64,000 nt of DNA, taken from contig JAIXUD010000009.1 in assembly GCA_027483645.1 (NCBI GenBank), forward strand, positions 116,814 to 180,813, in the 5' to 3' direction. This DNA comes from Sphingobacteriales bacterium. Its GTDB lineage: Bacteria; Bacteroidota; Bacteroidia; Chitinophagales; CAIOSU01. The notes under the pieces are model-generated. The model searched no databases. It was not told where the DNA came from and worked only from the letters and a program-made list of their open reading frames with translations. This document shows, piece by piece, positions 45,860 to 54,610 of the stretch. Every line of letters starts with the position of its first letter. The first letter of the stretch is position 1. The translations under genes were made by a program, and so were the position numbers.

Positions 45860-46144
45860 TTACATGGCATCCAAGCTCCACACTTCCGGCTTGCCATCAA
45901 AGTATAGCTTAGCTTTGGCCCACGTTTGTTCAAACAATTCGCTGTTACGGTAGGCCTCAAGTGCATCTTCATCCTCCCACTCACTATAAGTAAAAAACAC
46001 GTTTTCGTGTTTTTTATCACGATATAGGTATAGCTTCTTACAGCCATCCACTGCTTCAATACGGTCTTTCACGCCGTTAAACACGCCTATGAAATCATCC
46101 ACTGCCTCGGGCTGAAAGGTGAGCTTTACTAATCTTACTATCAT
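45860..46144 (-). CDS. Antibiotic-biosynthesis-monooxygenase (ABM) domain protein
   Basis: This 94-aa ferredoxin-like ABM pattern includes MIVRLVKLTFQPE and FTYSEWEDEDALEAYRNSELF. It has a 4-nt overlap with the upstream gene. Confidence 0.7.
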   Translation of the reverse strand: MIVRLVKLTFQPEAVDDFIGVFNGVKDRIEAVDGCKKLYLYRDKKHENVFFTYSEWEDEDALEAYRNSELFEQTWAKAKLYFDGKPEVWSLDAM

Positions 46145-46917
46145 ATAAATTCAATTAAAACCTGATCGCCAAAGCCCAAACCGAGCAAACTGGCGGCTGG
46201 CCCTCCGTTCATAGCTATTTCAAGGAACCCAGCGGTATTAAATATACATAGTTTTTCGCCTTGTGGCACTTCGTAATAAAATCGGCTAATTTCCTGTATA
46301 CGCTCCCTACGAAACTGGATAATAAACGAACGCCCATCTCTAGTGCGCTCAAACATTTCTTGCGATATATTGGTTACTACATTGCGAAACGAATCCACAT
46401 ACTGCACCGCACCCTTAATGGAGGCTGACTGCACTTGCGGAGTGAGGGCAGTAATACGCCTAATTTCTTGTATTGGCCTGCCGATATCACGCAAAGGTTT
46501 GCCCGAAATAATGAAGGCGCACAATTTGGCATACAATTCGCTTCCACTCATGTTGCCTGAGCGTTGCTGCTGGGCCAATGATGGCTCAAAAGCAAGTTCC
46601 GGTTCGGAATCGAAGGCTAGGCTGAAGAGCCCGGTATCGCTGCCGAGAAAGAAATGGTCGCGGTGTTGAATGGCTAGGTAACGCGAAAATTCGTCAGCCT
46701 CGTCATTTACGCTCACCACGTGGATAGTACCCTTGGGGAAATGGTGATAAGCGCTGCGCAGCGCAAAAGCCGCCTCTGATAGGTTGCCTCGGTCGATGCC
46801 GTGGCTAATGTCTACTAGGTGTACATCGCCGCAAACCTTTAGTATAGCGCCTTTTAACGCACCTGCGTAAAAATCGCGGTGGCCAAAATCGGTTATAAGG
46901 CTTACGGTACGCGCCAT
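46141..46917 (-). CDS. SAM hydrolase / SAM-dependent halogenase family protein (DUF62)
   Basis: It has SLITDFGHRDFYAGALKGAILKV...LVDISHGI...FPKGTIHVVSVN. I prefer the ATG at 46917 (MARTVSLITDFG). Confidence 0.75.
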   Translation of the reverse strand: MARTVSLITDFGHRDFYAGALKGAILKVCGDVHLVDISHGIDRGNLSEAAFALRSAYHHFPKGTIHVVSVNDEADEFSRYLAIQHRDHFFLGSDTGLFSLAFDSEPELAFEPSLAQQQRSGNMSGSELYAKLCAFIISGKPLRDIGRPIQEIRRITALTPQVQSASIKGAVQYVDSFRNVVTNISQEMFERTRDGRSFIIQFRRERIQEISRFYYEVPQGEKLCIFNTAGFLEIAMNGGPAASLLGLGFGDQVLIEFI

Positions 46918-46928
46918 TGAAATATTGG

Positions 46929-46936
46929 TATATTTG
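46929..46936 (+). promoter_or_regulatory. Candidate -7 box TATATTTG upstream of phoH
   Basis: It is a perfect TAnnTTTG. It lies inside the ORF-track extension (46925), which argues that the phoH start is downstream (ATG 46952 or TTG 47003). Confidence 0.35.
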
Positions 46937-46951
46937 GATGGTTTTAAGAGG

Positions 46952-48013
46952 ATGTGCGGACGCTTGCCCAACCACCCTTTCACTACAAAAATAGGCAAAA
47001 AGTTGAGCGAGGTTATTATTAATATCGACGGGGTAAATCCCCTAGCGTTCTATGGAGTAAACAACTCTAAATTGAACCTGCTAAAAAAGGCATTCCCAAA
47101 ACTTAAAATAGTATCGCGAGGCACCAAAGTGAAGCTCGCTGGCAGCGAGGCTGACATAACCGCAGTACAGGAAAAAATAAACCTGATGCTGCGTATGCTG
47201 GAGCGAGATAGCCACTTGAGCGACCAAAGCGTGGAAGAGATGCTAAGTACCGAACAGACCTTTGAGGTACATGAACCCGAAAGTGCCCGCGAAGTGCTGG
47301 TGCATGGCCGGAACGGCTTGCAAGTGAAGCCCCGCACCATGAACCAAAAGCGCATGGTAGAGGCAAGTGAGCGCAGCGACATTGTATTTGCCATAGGGCC
47401 AGCTGGTACAGGTAAAACCTATACCGCAGTGGCATTGGCAGTGCGAGCACTAAAGAATAAGGTGGTGAAGAAAATCATCCTTACCCGCCCGGCGGTGGAG
47501 GCTGGCGAGAGCTTGGGTTTCCTACCTGGCGACTTAAAGGAGAAAATAGATCCATACCTCCGCCCGCTATATGATGCGCTGGATGATATGATACCGGTAG
47601 AGAAGCTGAACTACTATATGGAGAACCGCATTATCGAGGTGGCACCGCTGGCATTTATGCGCGGCCGTACCCTCGACCATGCGTTTATTATATTGGATGA
47701 GGCTCAAAATGCCACGCACTCACAGATTAAGATGTTCCTTACCCGCATCGGGCCATCAGCGAAGTGCATGATTACGGGCGACTTAACCCAAATCGACTTG
47801 CCACGCAACCAAGAAAGCGGCCTTCGCAAGGCTATGAGTTTGTTGGATGATATAGAGGGCATAGACATCATCCACCTCAACGAGCACGACGTAATTCGCC
47901 ACCGCTTGGTTAAGGCCATCATACAGGCTTACAACAAAGACGCGGAGATTAACGGCGATATGGGTAACGACAACTTCCGTAGTAAAACCAACAGCGGCAG
48001 GCGAAGGGATTAG
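46952..48013 (+). CDS. phoH: PhoH-family ATPase
   Basis: Walker A is GPAGTGKTYTAVA and Walker B is FIILDEAQN. A GDLTQIDLP block is present. The start is uncertain (46952 ATG or 47003 TTG). Confidence 0.85.
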   Translation: MCGRLPNHPFTTKIGKKLSEVIINIDGVNPLAFYGVNNSKLNLLKKAFPKLKIVSRGTKVKLAGSEADITAVQEKINLMLRMLERDSHLSDQSVEEMLSTEQTFEVHEPESAREVLVHGRNGLQVKPRTMNQKRMVEASERSDIVFAIGPAGTGKTYTAVALAVRALKNKVVKKIILTRPAVEAGESLGFLPGDLKEKIDPYLRPLYDALDDMIPVEKLNYYMENRIIEVAPLAFMRGRTLDHAFIILDEAQNATHSQIKMFLTRIGPSAKCMITGDLTQIDLPRNQESGLRKAMSLLDDIEGIDIIHLNEHDVIRHRLVKAIIQAYNKDAEINGDMGNDNFRSKTNSGRRRD

Positions 48014-48056
48014 TGTTGGCAGTGCGTTTGCACATAATCCGTAAACCTTATGGATT

Positions 48057-48428
48057 ATGATAGAGCAACTGAAAAACGTACCCACCCACGTGGCAGCATT
48101 TAGGGCAACAGGCGAAGTAACCCAAAGCGACATGGATAGTGTGCTGCTGCCAGCCGTAAAGAAAATTGTAAACGCTACTGGCGAGCTTAACTTTTTGTGG
48201 GTGCTAGATACATCCGTAAAAAACTTTACCGCTGGGGCGTGGTTTAAAGATGTGCTATTGGGTATTCAACACCTCACCAAATGGAACCGCGCCGCCATCG
48301 TTACCGACTCGGCAGGAATTAAAATCTTCACCGAAATCTTCAGCAAACTGATGATCGGTGAGTTCCGTGGGTACTCCTACAGGGAAATGGACGAGGCGGT
48401 GAAATGGGTTGCGGGGGAAGGGGAGTAA
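48057..48428 (+). CDS. STAS/SpoIIAA-like small protein (DUF3478-like)
   Basis: At 123 aa it shows the patterns VAAFRATGEVTQSD and WNRAAIVTD, typical of the STAS-like family. Its 3' terminal 25 nt coincide with a short repeat also found at 48950-48973. Confidence 0.55.
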   Translation: MIEQLKNVPTHVAAFRATGEVTQSDMDSVLLPAVKKIVNATGELNFLWVLDTSVKNFTAGAWFKDVLLGIQHLTKWNRAAIVTDSAGIKIFTEIFSKLMIGEFRGYSYREMDEAVKWVAGEGE

Positions 48429-48459
48429 GTTACGGGTCACGAGTTTTAAAAAATCTTGT

Positions 48460-48777
48460 TTACTTCCGCCAACTTTTTGTATTTGAATCGAAGATTTTTG
48501 ATTCACCCAAGGAAGTACCATAGCAAACTATGTAACTATTGCTATCCTCTTTTTGGTAATAAACCGATTCTAATTCGCTAACAAGAGGATTCAACTCCCT
48601 TTCTTCAGGCAAGCGGTTTTGTAATCTCTTAAAATTTTCAACTTCCTCCACCAATTGCATTACCATTTCTTTGCGTTCATTTTCCCAGCTTTGACTTAAA
48701 CGCCAATAAGAAAACGCAGCTAAAGCTATAAAGCCGAATAAGAATAGTAATACAAACTTTATCAAACTCTTTGCCAT
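48460..48777 (-). CDS. Hypothetical N-terminally anchored small protein
   Basis: This 105-aa ORF has a TM helix (FVLLFLFGFIALAAFSYW) and then a charged helical region. I recognised no family. Confidence 0.5.
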   Translation of the reverse strand: MAKSLIKFVLLFLFGFIALAAFSYWRLSQSWENERKEMVMQLVEEVENFKRLQNRLPEERELNPLVSELESVYYQKEDSNSYIVCYGTSLGESKIFDSNTKSWRK

Positions 48778-48814
48778 ATAAGATGTTTAAGCGACTATCT
48801 ATCCTTGCACCTCT

Positions 48815-48949
48815 CGTCCTCGTCTTTTTGACGAGGATGAAACGTACCTCGCGTCTCCAGACGCTCGTGATACCGTCATTAAGTTACATGCGTCTGGAGA
48901 CGCCGTGTCCTTTTCATCCGCGTCAGGAGACGCGGACGAGTGAGGGAAG
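48815..48949 (+). repeat. 135-bp multi-hairpin repeat, copy 1
   Basis: It matches 49681-49815 at 132 of 135 positions. It contains the hairpins cgtcctcgtc/gacgaggatg, gcgtctccagacgc, gcgtctggagacgc and cgcgtcaggagacgcg. Confidence 0.9.
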
Positions 48950-49026
48950 TGGGTTGCGGGGGAATAAGTTACGAGAAGTGGGTTACTGGTTGGTGGGTTA
49001 TCGCCAGTACTCAACTTTCCTCTATC

Positions 49027-49620
49027 TTATCGCCAGATTTTGAAATTGAGTGTAAACCGTTTCTGCTTCATTAACGTACGCCAATCAATAAATAGTAGTA
49101 TAAATATCAGTAAAAGTCCTACCACCAAACCTGCTATGGATTGCCAGGAAACAATGCCTTCCAATAATGTAGTGGTATTCTCAACAGCGTATTTACCCAT
49201 TAAAATATACATTGTATCGCTGGCAAATTTGCCTATAAAAAAGGCAGGGATAATGTAGTAGGGCTTCATCTTGGCCATGCCACCCGCAATAAATAACGGC
49301 GTGGAAGGCAGCGGCAATAGACAATATATGAGTATAAATAACTGGCTTTTCCAGCCCTTTTCTCTTAGCTTCTGCCCAAGGAATTGTATGTCGTCATTTT
49401 TGGCAGGGTTAAAAAGTTTAGCCGATACTAAGGGTATGTAAAGTGTTAAAACATACCTACCTATAACGGAGCCCGTAACACCAATAATAATAACTGGCCA
49501 TAGTGCCAAATCAAAGTATATTTGTAAAAACAACATTATACTAAACGCTGGCGGCAGTGGCAATGGTAGTATATCCACCAGTATAGACAACAAGAAAACC
49601 AACAAATACTGCCACCACAT
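49027..49620 (-). CDS. DedA/VTT-domain-like integral membrane protein
   Basis: It is 197 aa with about 5 TM helices. The LLPLPSTPLFIAGGMAK block resembles the SNARE-associated/DedA family. The gene is bracketed by the two 135-bp repeats. Confidence 0.55.
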   Translation of the reverse strand: MWWQYLLVFLLSILVDILPLPLPPAFSIMLFLQIYFDLALWPVIIIGVTGSVIGRYVLTLYIPLVSAKLFNPAKNDDIQFLGQKLREKGWKSQLFILIYCLLPLPSTPLFIAGGMAKMKPYYIIPAFFIGKFASDTMYILMGKYAVENTTTLLEGIVSWQSIAGLVVGLLLIFILLFIDWRTLMKQKRFTLNFKIWR

Positions 49621-49680
49621 AATGCGCTTAGCTTAGGAAGAAGATATAAAGGTAACCTTACTTCAGACCATTACCCATTA

Positions 49681-49815
49681 CGTCCTCGTCTTTTTGACGA
49701 GGATGAAACGTACTTCGCGTCTCCAGACGCTCGTGATAACGTCATTAGGTTACATGCGTCTGGAGACGCCGTGTCCTTTTCATCCGCGTCAGGAGACGCG
49801 GACGAGTGAGGGAAG
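49681..49815 (+). repeat. 135-bp multi-hairpin repeat, copy 2
   Basis: It is a direct repeat of 48815-48949 with 3 mismatches. It is immediately followed by a GAAGCA + TCCGTCG word array. Confidence 0.9.
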
Positions 49816-49851
49816 CATCCGTCGTCCGTCGTCTGTAGACTGCGGTCCACC
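49816..49851. repeat. GGACGA/GGACC short-word array abutting the dnaE stop codon
   Basis: The + strand reads catccgtcgtccgtcgtctgtagactgcggtccacc. In dnaE mRNA sense this is GGTGGACCGCAG..GACGACGGACGACGGATG. It ends directly at the stop (49852). Confidence 0.7.
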
Positions 49852-52800
49852 TCAATTCAACTTATACTTCAGCACCGGGTGGTTATCCAAGTAATTCACC
49901 ACCTCGTTATCGAGCCTGATCTTGTACTTGCCTGAGGTTGACTCCAGGATGGTTTTGTTGTTGGCGTCGGCCGTGTCATAAATGTTGATGCCGAGGGGCA
50001 TATTGCCCGGGTTTGATTTGCAGATTTGCTCCAGTTCATCCACCAGCTTATCGCTAAGGTCATATAGCGATACCTTAAGCGTGAGGCTCTTGGCCATTTT
50101 GTCGCGCAGGTCACTTAGTAATTCAATGGTCCGAATCTTAAACTCCCACTGGTCTTGGCTATGGCGGCGAAGCTGGTAGCTGCCGCGAATGAATATCATG
50201 TGGCCTGTGGCTAGGTAGTTGTTGAACTTGATATAGTCTTCGCCGAAGAGCACAAACTCATAACTACCATCATAATCCTCCACGCTGAATGAGCCAAATT
50301 TATTCCCTGTTTTGCTTAATCTGTGCGAGGCTACCGTTATTATACCCCCAAGAGCCAGCTCACGATTCTTTTGGTTTTCTATCTCGGTTAGGGGGCAGTT
50401 TACAAAGTTGCGCATCTCTAGCCTATACGTATCCAGTGGATGGCCGCTTAAGTAAATGCCAGTGTAGTCCTTCTCATAATTAAGCTGCTCAATGGGACTC
50501 CAACCTTCTACGTTGGGTATGGCTGGGTCTTCCACGGCATCTTGGCTGGCCACATCGCCAAACAGGCTTAAGCTGCTGCTATCGTTTTCGCGCTGCACGC
50601 TGCCGCCAAATTTAATGGCCTTCTCCAGCACCGTCATGTTGTCGGCGGGTATGGTAAAGAAGTACGTGCTGCGAGGATATCCAAATGAATCGAACGCACC
50701 GGCATATGCCAAGCTCTCAAACGACTTCTTGTTTACCGAGCGTAGATTGGCGCGCTTTGTTAGTTCAAATATGGTTTTGAAATGGCCGTTCTTTTCACGC
50801 TCCAGCACCAATTCCTCTACCGCTGCCGCGCCTACGCCTTTTATGGCTGATAGCGCAAAGCGTATCTCGCCCTTGTTGTTTACGGCAAACTTTACCTTGC
50901 TCTCGTTCACATCCGGGCCCAGCACTTTCACCTTCATCCGGTTACATTCAGAAAGAAAGAACTCCACCTTCTTGATGTCCGTCATGTTGTGCGTAAGCAC
51001 CGCTGCCATATACTCCGCGGGGTAGTTGGCTTTGAGGTAAGCCGTTTGGAACGCCACCACCGAGTATGCCGCCGAGTGCGACCGGTTGAAACCGTAGCTG
51101 GCAAACTTCGCCATCACCTCGAAAATCTCTTCCGCATTCTTTACAGCTACGCCCTTTTCTTTAGCACCTGCCACAAACTCCACCTGCATTTTCTGCATCT
51201 CGTTCACGTCCTTCTTACCCATGGCGCGTCGCAGCACATCGGCTCGGCCGAGGCTAAAGCCTGCCACAATCTGTGCCGTTTGCATGATCTGCTCCTGATA
51301 CACCATGATGCCGTAGGTCGGTTTCAAAATGCCCTCTAGCCACTCGTGCGGGTAATCTACCACTTCCCTACCCTGCTTCCTATCGATAAAGTTGGGTATA
51401 TAGTCCATCGGGCCTGGGCGGTACAAGGCGTTCATGGCAATCAAATCCTCAATGGTAGTGGGCTTCAGTTGGCGCAGGTATTGCCTCATGCCATCACTCT
51501 CAAACTGGAACGTCCCTACCGTTTCGCCGTTTTGGTATAGCTCAAATGTCTTCGGGTCATCCAGCGGAATATCGTCAATATCAATATCAATATCACGCCC
51601 AGTCTTAATATTCACCATCGCATCGCGAATGATGGACAGGGTTTTCAGCCCCAAGAAGTCCATTTTCAACATGCCGGCGCTCTCAATTACCTTCCCGTCA
51701 AACTGAGTAACCAGTAGTGGCGAGTCTTTGGCGGTACAAACGGGTATGTAGTTGGTAATGTCCTCTGGTGCAATAATCACCCCCGCAGCGTGAATACCGC
51801 GCTGGCGCACCGAGCCTTCCAATATCTTGGCAAGCTTTAGCACCTTGCTGGCTTCGGTGTCAGTTTTTAGTATTTCCTTTAGTTCTGCGCTATCCTCATA
51901 GGCTTGGGCAAGGGTAATGCCCAATACCTCGGGTATCATTTTGGTAAGCTTATCGGTTTCTGCTAGCGGGTATTGCATCACCCGGCCTACGTCTTTAATG
52001 GAGCTTTTGGCCGCCATGGTACCGTAAGTAATAATCTGCGCTACTTGGTTTTGGCCGTATTTATCTACTACATAATCAATAACCTTCTGGCGGTTATCGT
52101 CATCAAAGTCAATGTCAATGTCGGGCATGCTTACCCGCTCCGGGTTTAAGAAACGTTCGAAGAGCAGGTTGTACTTTATCGGGTCGATGTTGGTGATACC
52201 TGTACAAAACGCTACCAGCGAGCCCGCTGCCGAACCACGGCCTGGGCCCACTGCCACGCCCATATCGCGAGCGGCAGCAATAAAATCCTGTACAATCAAG
52301 AAGTAACCGGCAAAGCCCATATCCTTCATTACCTTCAATTCAAACTCCAGGCGCTCCACCACCTCGCTTGGCAAGGCATCGCCATAGCGTTTGCGGGCGC
52401 CAATAAAGCTTACGTGCTTCAGGTAGTCGTCCATGTTCAGGAACTCCTTGGGCAGGGTAAAGTTGGGCAGCAGGATGTCGCGCTTCAGCTTGGGCGTATC
52501 GATTTTATCGAAAATCTCCATCGTGTTCTCCATCGCCTCGGGGATGTCTTTGTACAGTTGGTACATTTCATCCTTCGTCTTGAAGTAGAACTCGTCGTTC
52601 TCAAACCCAAACCTAAAGCCTTTGCCGTCGCCTTTCGGGGTACTCTTAAACTCACCAGTGTTTATGCAAAGCAATATATCATGCGCCTCGGCATCACTCT
52701 TGTCTACGTAGTGGCTGTCGTTTGTAGCTATGAGCTTTACGTTGTGCTTAACACCCATTTCTTGCAAAAACACATTCACGCCGTCTTGGTCAATGCCTTT

Positions 52801-53343
52801 CAGGCCGTGGCGCTGTATTTCGATGTAGTAGTCTTCACCAAAAAGGTCTAGATATTCCAAAAATATCTTCTCTGCCTTCTCAGGGCCTTCTTCCAAGAAA
52901 GTCCTAGGCACCATGGCGGCTACGCAACAGGTACTGGCTATCAAGCCTTCACTATACTGCTTCAGCAACTCCATATCGATACGCGGGTACTGGCCCCACA
53001 AACCTTCCGTAAACCCCAGCGAACACAGCTTGGAGAGGTTTTTATAACCCTGTGCGTTCTTAGCTAATAGCAACTGGTGGTAGCGCTTGTCGCGGGTGCC
53101 TTTTTCAAAGCTCTTTTGGTGGCGGTCTTCAACAATATAAAACTCACAGCCCAGGATGGGTTTCAAGCCATTCTTCAATGCGGAAAGGTAGAACTTAAAC
53201 GCCCCGAACATATTGCCGTGGTCGGTAATGGCAAGGCCCTGCTGCCCATCCTCCTTCGCCTTTTTCATCATACGGTCAATATCGGCGGCCCCATCTAGCA
53301 ATGAGTATTGGGTATGACAATGGAGATGGCAGAATTCGGGCAT
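49852..53343 (-). CDS. dnaE: DNA polymerase III alpha subunit
   Basis: It is 1163 aa with an N-terminal PHP motif (FCHLHCHTQYSLLDGA). Polymerase core blocks (GPGRGSAAGSLVAF, PDIDIDF) and a C-terminal OB region are present. Confidence 0.95.
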   Translation of the reverse strand: MPEFCHLHCHTQYSLLDGAADIDRMMKKAKEDGQQGLAITDHGNMFGAFKFYLSALKNGLKPILGCEFYIVEDRHQKSFEKGTRDKRYHQLLLAKNAQGYKNLSKLCSLGFTEGLWGQYPRIDMELLKQYSEGLIASTCCVAAMVPRTFLEEGPEKAEKIFLEYLDLFGEDYYIEIQRHGLKGIDQDGVNVFLQEMGVKHNVKLIATNDSHYVDKSDAEAHDILLCINTGEFKSTPKGDGKGFRFGFENDEFYFKTKDEMYQLYKDIPEAMENTMEIFDKIDTPKLKRDILLPNFTLPKEFLNMDDYLKHVSFIGARKRYGDALPSEVVERLEFELKVMKDMGFAGYFLIVQDFIAAARDMGVAVGPGRGSAAGSLVAFCTGITNIDPIKYNLLFERFLNPERVSMPDIDIDFDDDNRQKVIDYVVDKYGQNQVAQIITYGTMAAKSSIKDVGRVMQYPLAETDKLTKMIPEVLGITLAQAYEDSAELKEILKTDTEASKVLKLAKILEGSVRQRGIHAAGVIIAPEDITNYIPVCTAKDSPLLVTQFDGKVIESAGMLKMDFLGLKTLSIIRDAMVNIKTGRDIDIDIDDIPLDDPKTFELYQNGETVGTFQFESDGMRQYLRQLKPTTIEDLIAMNALYRPGPMDYIPNFIDRKQGREVVDYPHEWLEGILKPTYGIMVYQEQIMQTAQIVAGFSLGRADVLRRAMGKKDVNEMQKMQVEFVAGAKEKGVAVKNAEEIFEVMAKFASYGFNRSHSAAYSVVAFQTAYLKANYPAEYMAAVLTHNMTDIKKVEFFLSECNRMKVKVLGPDVNESKVKFAVNNKGEIRFALSAIKGVGAAAVEELVLEREKNGHFKTIFELTKRANLRSVNKKSFESLAYAGAFDSFGYPRSTYFFTIPADNMTVLEKAIKFGGSVQRENDSSSLSLFGDVASQDAVEDPAIPNVEGWSPIEQLNYEKDYTGIYLSGHPLDTYRLEMRNFVNCPLTEIENQKNRELALGGIITVASHRLSKTGNKFGSFSVEDYDGSYEFVLFGEDYIKFNNYLATGHMIFIRGSYQLRRHSQDQWEFKIRTIELLSDLRDKMAKSLTLKVSLYDLSDKLVDELEQICKSNPGNMPLGINIYDTADANNKTILESTSGKYKIRLDNEVVNYLDNHPVLKYKLN

Positions 53344-53382
53344 GACAATAAGATTTGTAGGTACTAAATTCGGTGGGTACTA

Positions 53383-53390
53383 CAAATATA
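53383..53390 (-). promoter_or_regulatory. Candidate -7 box TATATTTG for dnaE
   Basis: The minus-strand reading of caaatata matches TAnnTTTG. It lies 39 nt upstream of the dnaE ATG (53343). Confidence 0.35.
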
Positions 53391-53479
53391 CGGAAACGCT
53401 AGGCCGGTTAAAAGTGTGAACTTGAAAAGTTGTCTACCCTTTACTAACATCGTGGACATGTGCTTTCCAAAATGTTTTT

Positions 53480-53525
53480 CAACCACGGAGAACACGAAAA
53501 AAAGCACGGAGAACCACGGAAAAAT
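53480..53525. repeat. CCACGGAGAAC-type short-word array
   Basis: The sequence is caaccacggagaacacgaaaaaaagcacggagaaccacggaaaaa. Its first 17 nt are the exact reverse complement of 62382-62398. Confidence 0.75.
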
Positions 53526-53631
53526 CTTACTAGTTCCTAGGCCTATTCGGCGTGCTATAAGTATGCACTCCCAGCCAACAAAAAAACACCATGGTAATAG
53601 GTAAAATTGAAGATGCATGAAACTAACCGCC

Positions 53632-53883
53632 TCACTCCGGTTCGCGCTTCAAGCGCTTCGCATATTTCGTAATCAAAAGCACTAGCAAAGCGGCAACGGC
53701 TAGCTCAAACACCAGCCCAGTAGCCATTACCAGCACATACATGGTGGAGTGCAGCGTATCATGGAAATAATTGTAATGGTCCATCAACAAAAACGCAATC
53801 CACAACCCCAACATTACTGCGGCGCAAGCCAACTGCACTATCACGATGATGCGTACCCTCCTGTCCTTTATATAGCGTTTCAT
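53632..53883 (-). CDS. Hypothetical small membrane protein (83 aa, 2-3 TM)
   Basis: The ORF has hydrophobic helices (IIVIVQLACAAVMLGLWIAFLL, MYVLVMATGLVFELAVAALLVLLI) and a basic C-terminus. Confidence 0.45.
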   Translation of the reverse strand: MKRYIKDRRVRIIVIVQLACAAVMLGLWIAFLLMDHYNYFHDTLHSTMYVLVMATGLVFELAVAALLVLLITKYAKRLKREPE

Positions 53884-54044
53884 CTACTTAAAGATACCGC
53901 TTTTTACGGTTTTGCTTGGCGATAGGCTATAGTAGTTTTGCTGCTGCTTACTGGAAATAGGAAAGAGCCCCCCCAATGGTATTAACCGTATGTGAAGTTA
54001 CTTACTTACCGTAGGCATTCGGTCAATCATTACCGTTTATTGGC

Positions 54045-54052
54045 TATTTTTG
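54045..54052 (+). promoter_or_regulatory. Candidate -7 box TATTTTTG for the fasciclin gene
   Basis: It matches TAnnTTTG and lies 37 nt upstream of the ATG at 54089. Confidence 0.3.
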
Positions 54053-54088
54053 GGGTAATGGTTTTGTGTTAATCTTCAATTGCAACCT

Positions 54089-54610
54089 ATGTTCCGTTAC
54101 ATCCTCCCTACCCTACTTGCTGGTATTATGCTGTTGTCTTTTGTGGCGCCTGCCCCTGTTACCGATAGCGTTTTGGACATTATCCAAGGCTACAAAAAGG
54201 CGTTCAATTTTTCGGCTTCATTAAAGTCGGCCGGGCTAGTGGAGCCTTTGCAAGGTGAAGGCCCATATACCATATTGGCACCACTCAATACGGCCTTCAA
54301 TAAGTTGCCCGCGGGTGCCTTTGAAAATCTTTTGAAGCCTGAAAACAAAGCTACCCTTACCACATTGCTCAACTACCACATACTGCCTACCAAGCTCACC
54401 AGGGCCGACCTAGCTGCCGGCATAGAGAAAGGGAAAGGGAAAATGACCCTAAAAACCTGGCAGGGCGGCACCCTAACCGCCACCTTGCTAGATGGCAAAC
54501 TGCAACTGACCGACGCCACCGGCCAAACCGCCAACATAACCCTGGTAGAAAAAATCGGCACCAACGGTGTGGTGCATTTTATTGATGGGGTGCTGATGGT
54601 AGGGAAGTAA
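54089..54610 (+). CDS. Fasciclin (FAS1) domain protein, secreted
   Basis: It has a signal peptide (MFRYILPTLLAGIMLLSFVAPAP). FAS1 H1/H2 blocks are present (YTILAPLNTAFNKLP, NGVVHFIDGVLM). I prefer the ATG at 54089. Confidence 0.8.
   Translation: MFRYILPTLLAGIMLLSFVAPAPVTDSVLDIIQGYKKAFNFSASLKSAGLVEPLQGEGPYTILAPLNTAFNKLPAGAFENLLKPENKATLTTLLNYHILPTKLTRADLAAGIEKGKGKMTLKTWQGGTLTATLLDGKLQLTDATGQTANITLVEKIGTNGVVHFIDGVLMVGK

Noticed and set aside
45751-46059. 102-aa minus-strand ORF covering the word array and overlapping the ABM gene
   Set aside because: It is out of frame with the well-formed ABM ORF. Its C-terminal part is repeat-derived low complexity (DHGRRTMDDKWTTDDGPQTT).
48771-49043. 90-aa ORF, and its relative at 49694-49894 (66 aa), sharing the peptide LTRMKRTSRLQTLVI...MRLETPCPFHPRQETRTSEGS
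   Set aside because: The shared peptide is simply the translation of the 135-bp hairpin repeat, and the ORFs end arbitrarily in flanking DNA.
53364-53618. 84-aa minus-strand ORF upstream of dnaE
   Set aside because: It covers the CCACGGAGAAC word array and the putative dnaE promoter. Its composition is odd (Phe/Trp/Cys-rich) and there is no support for coding.
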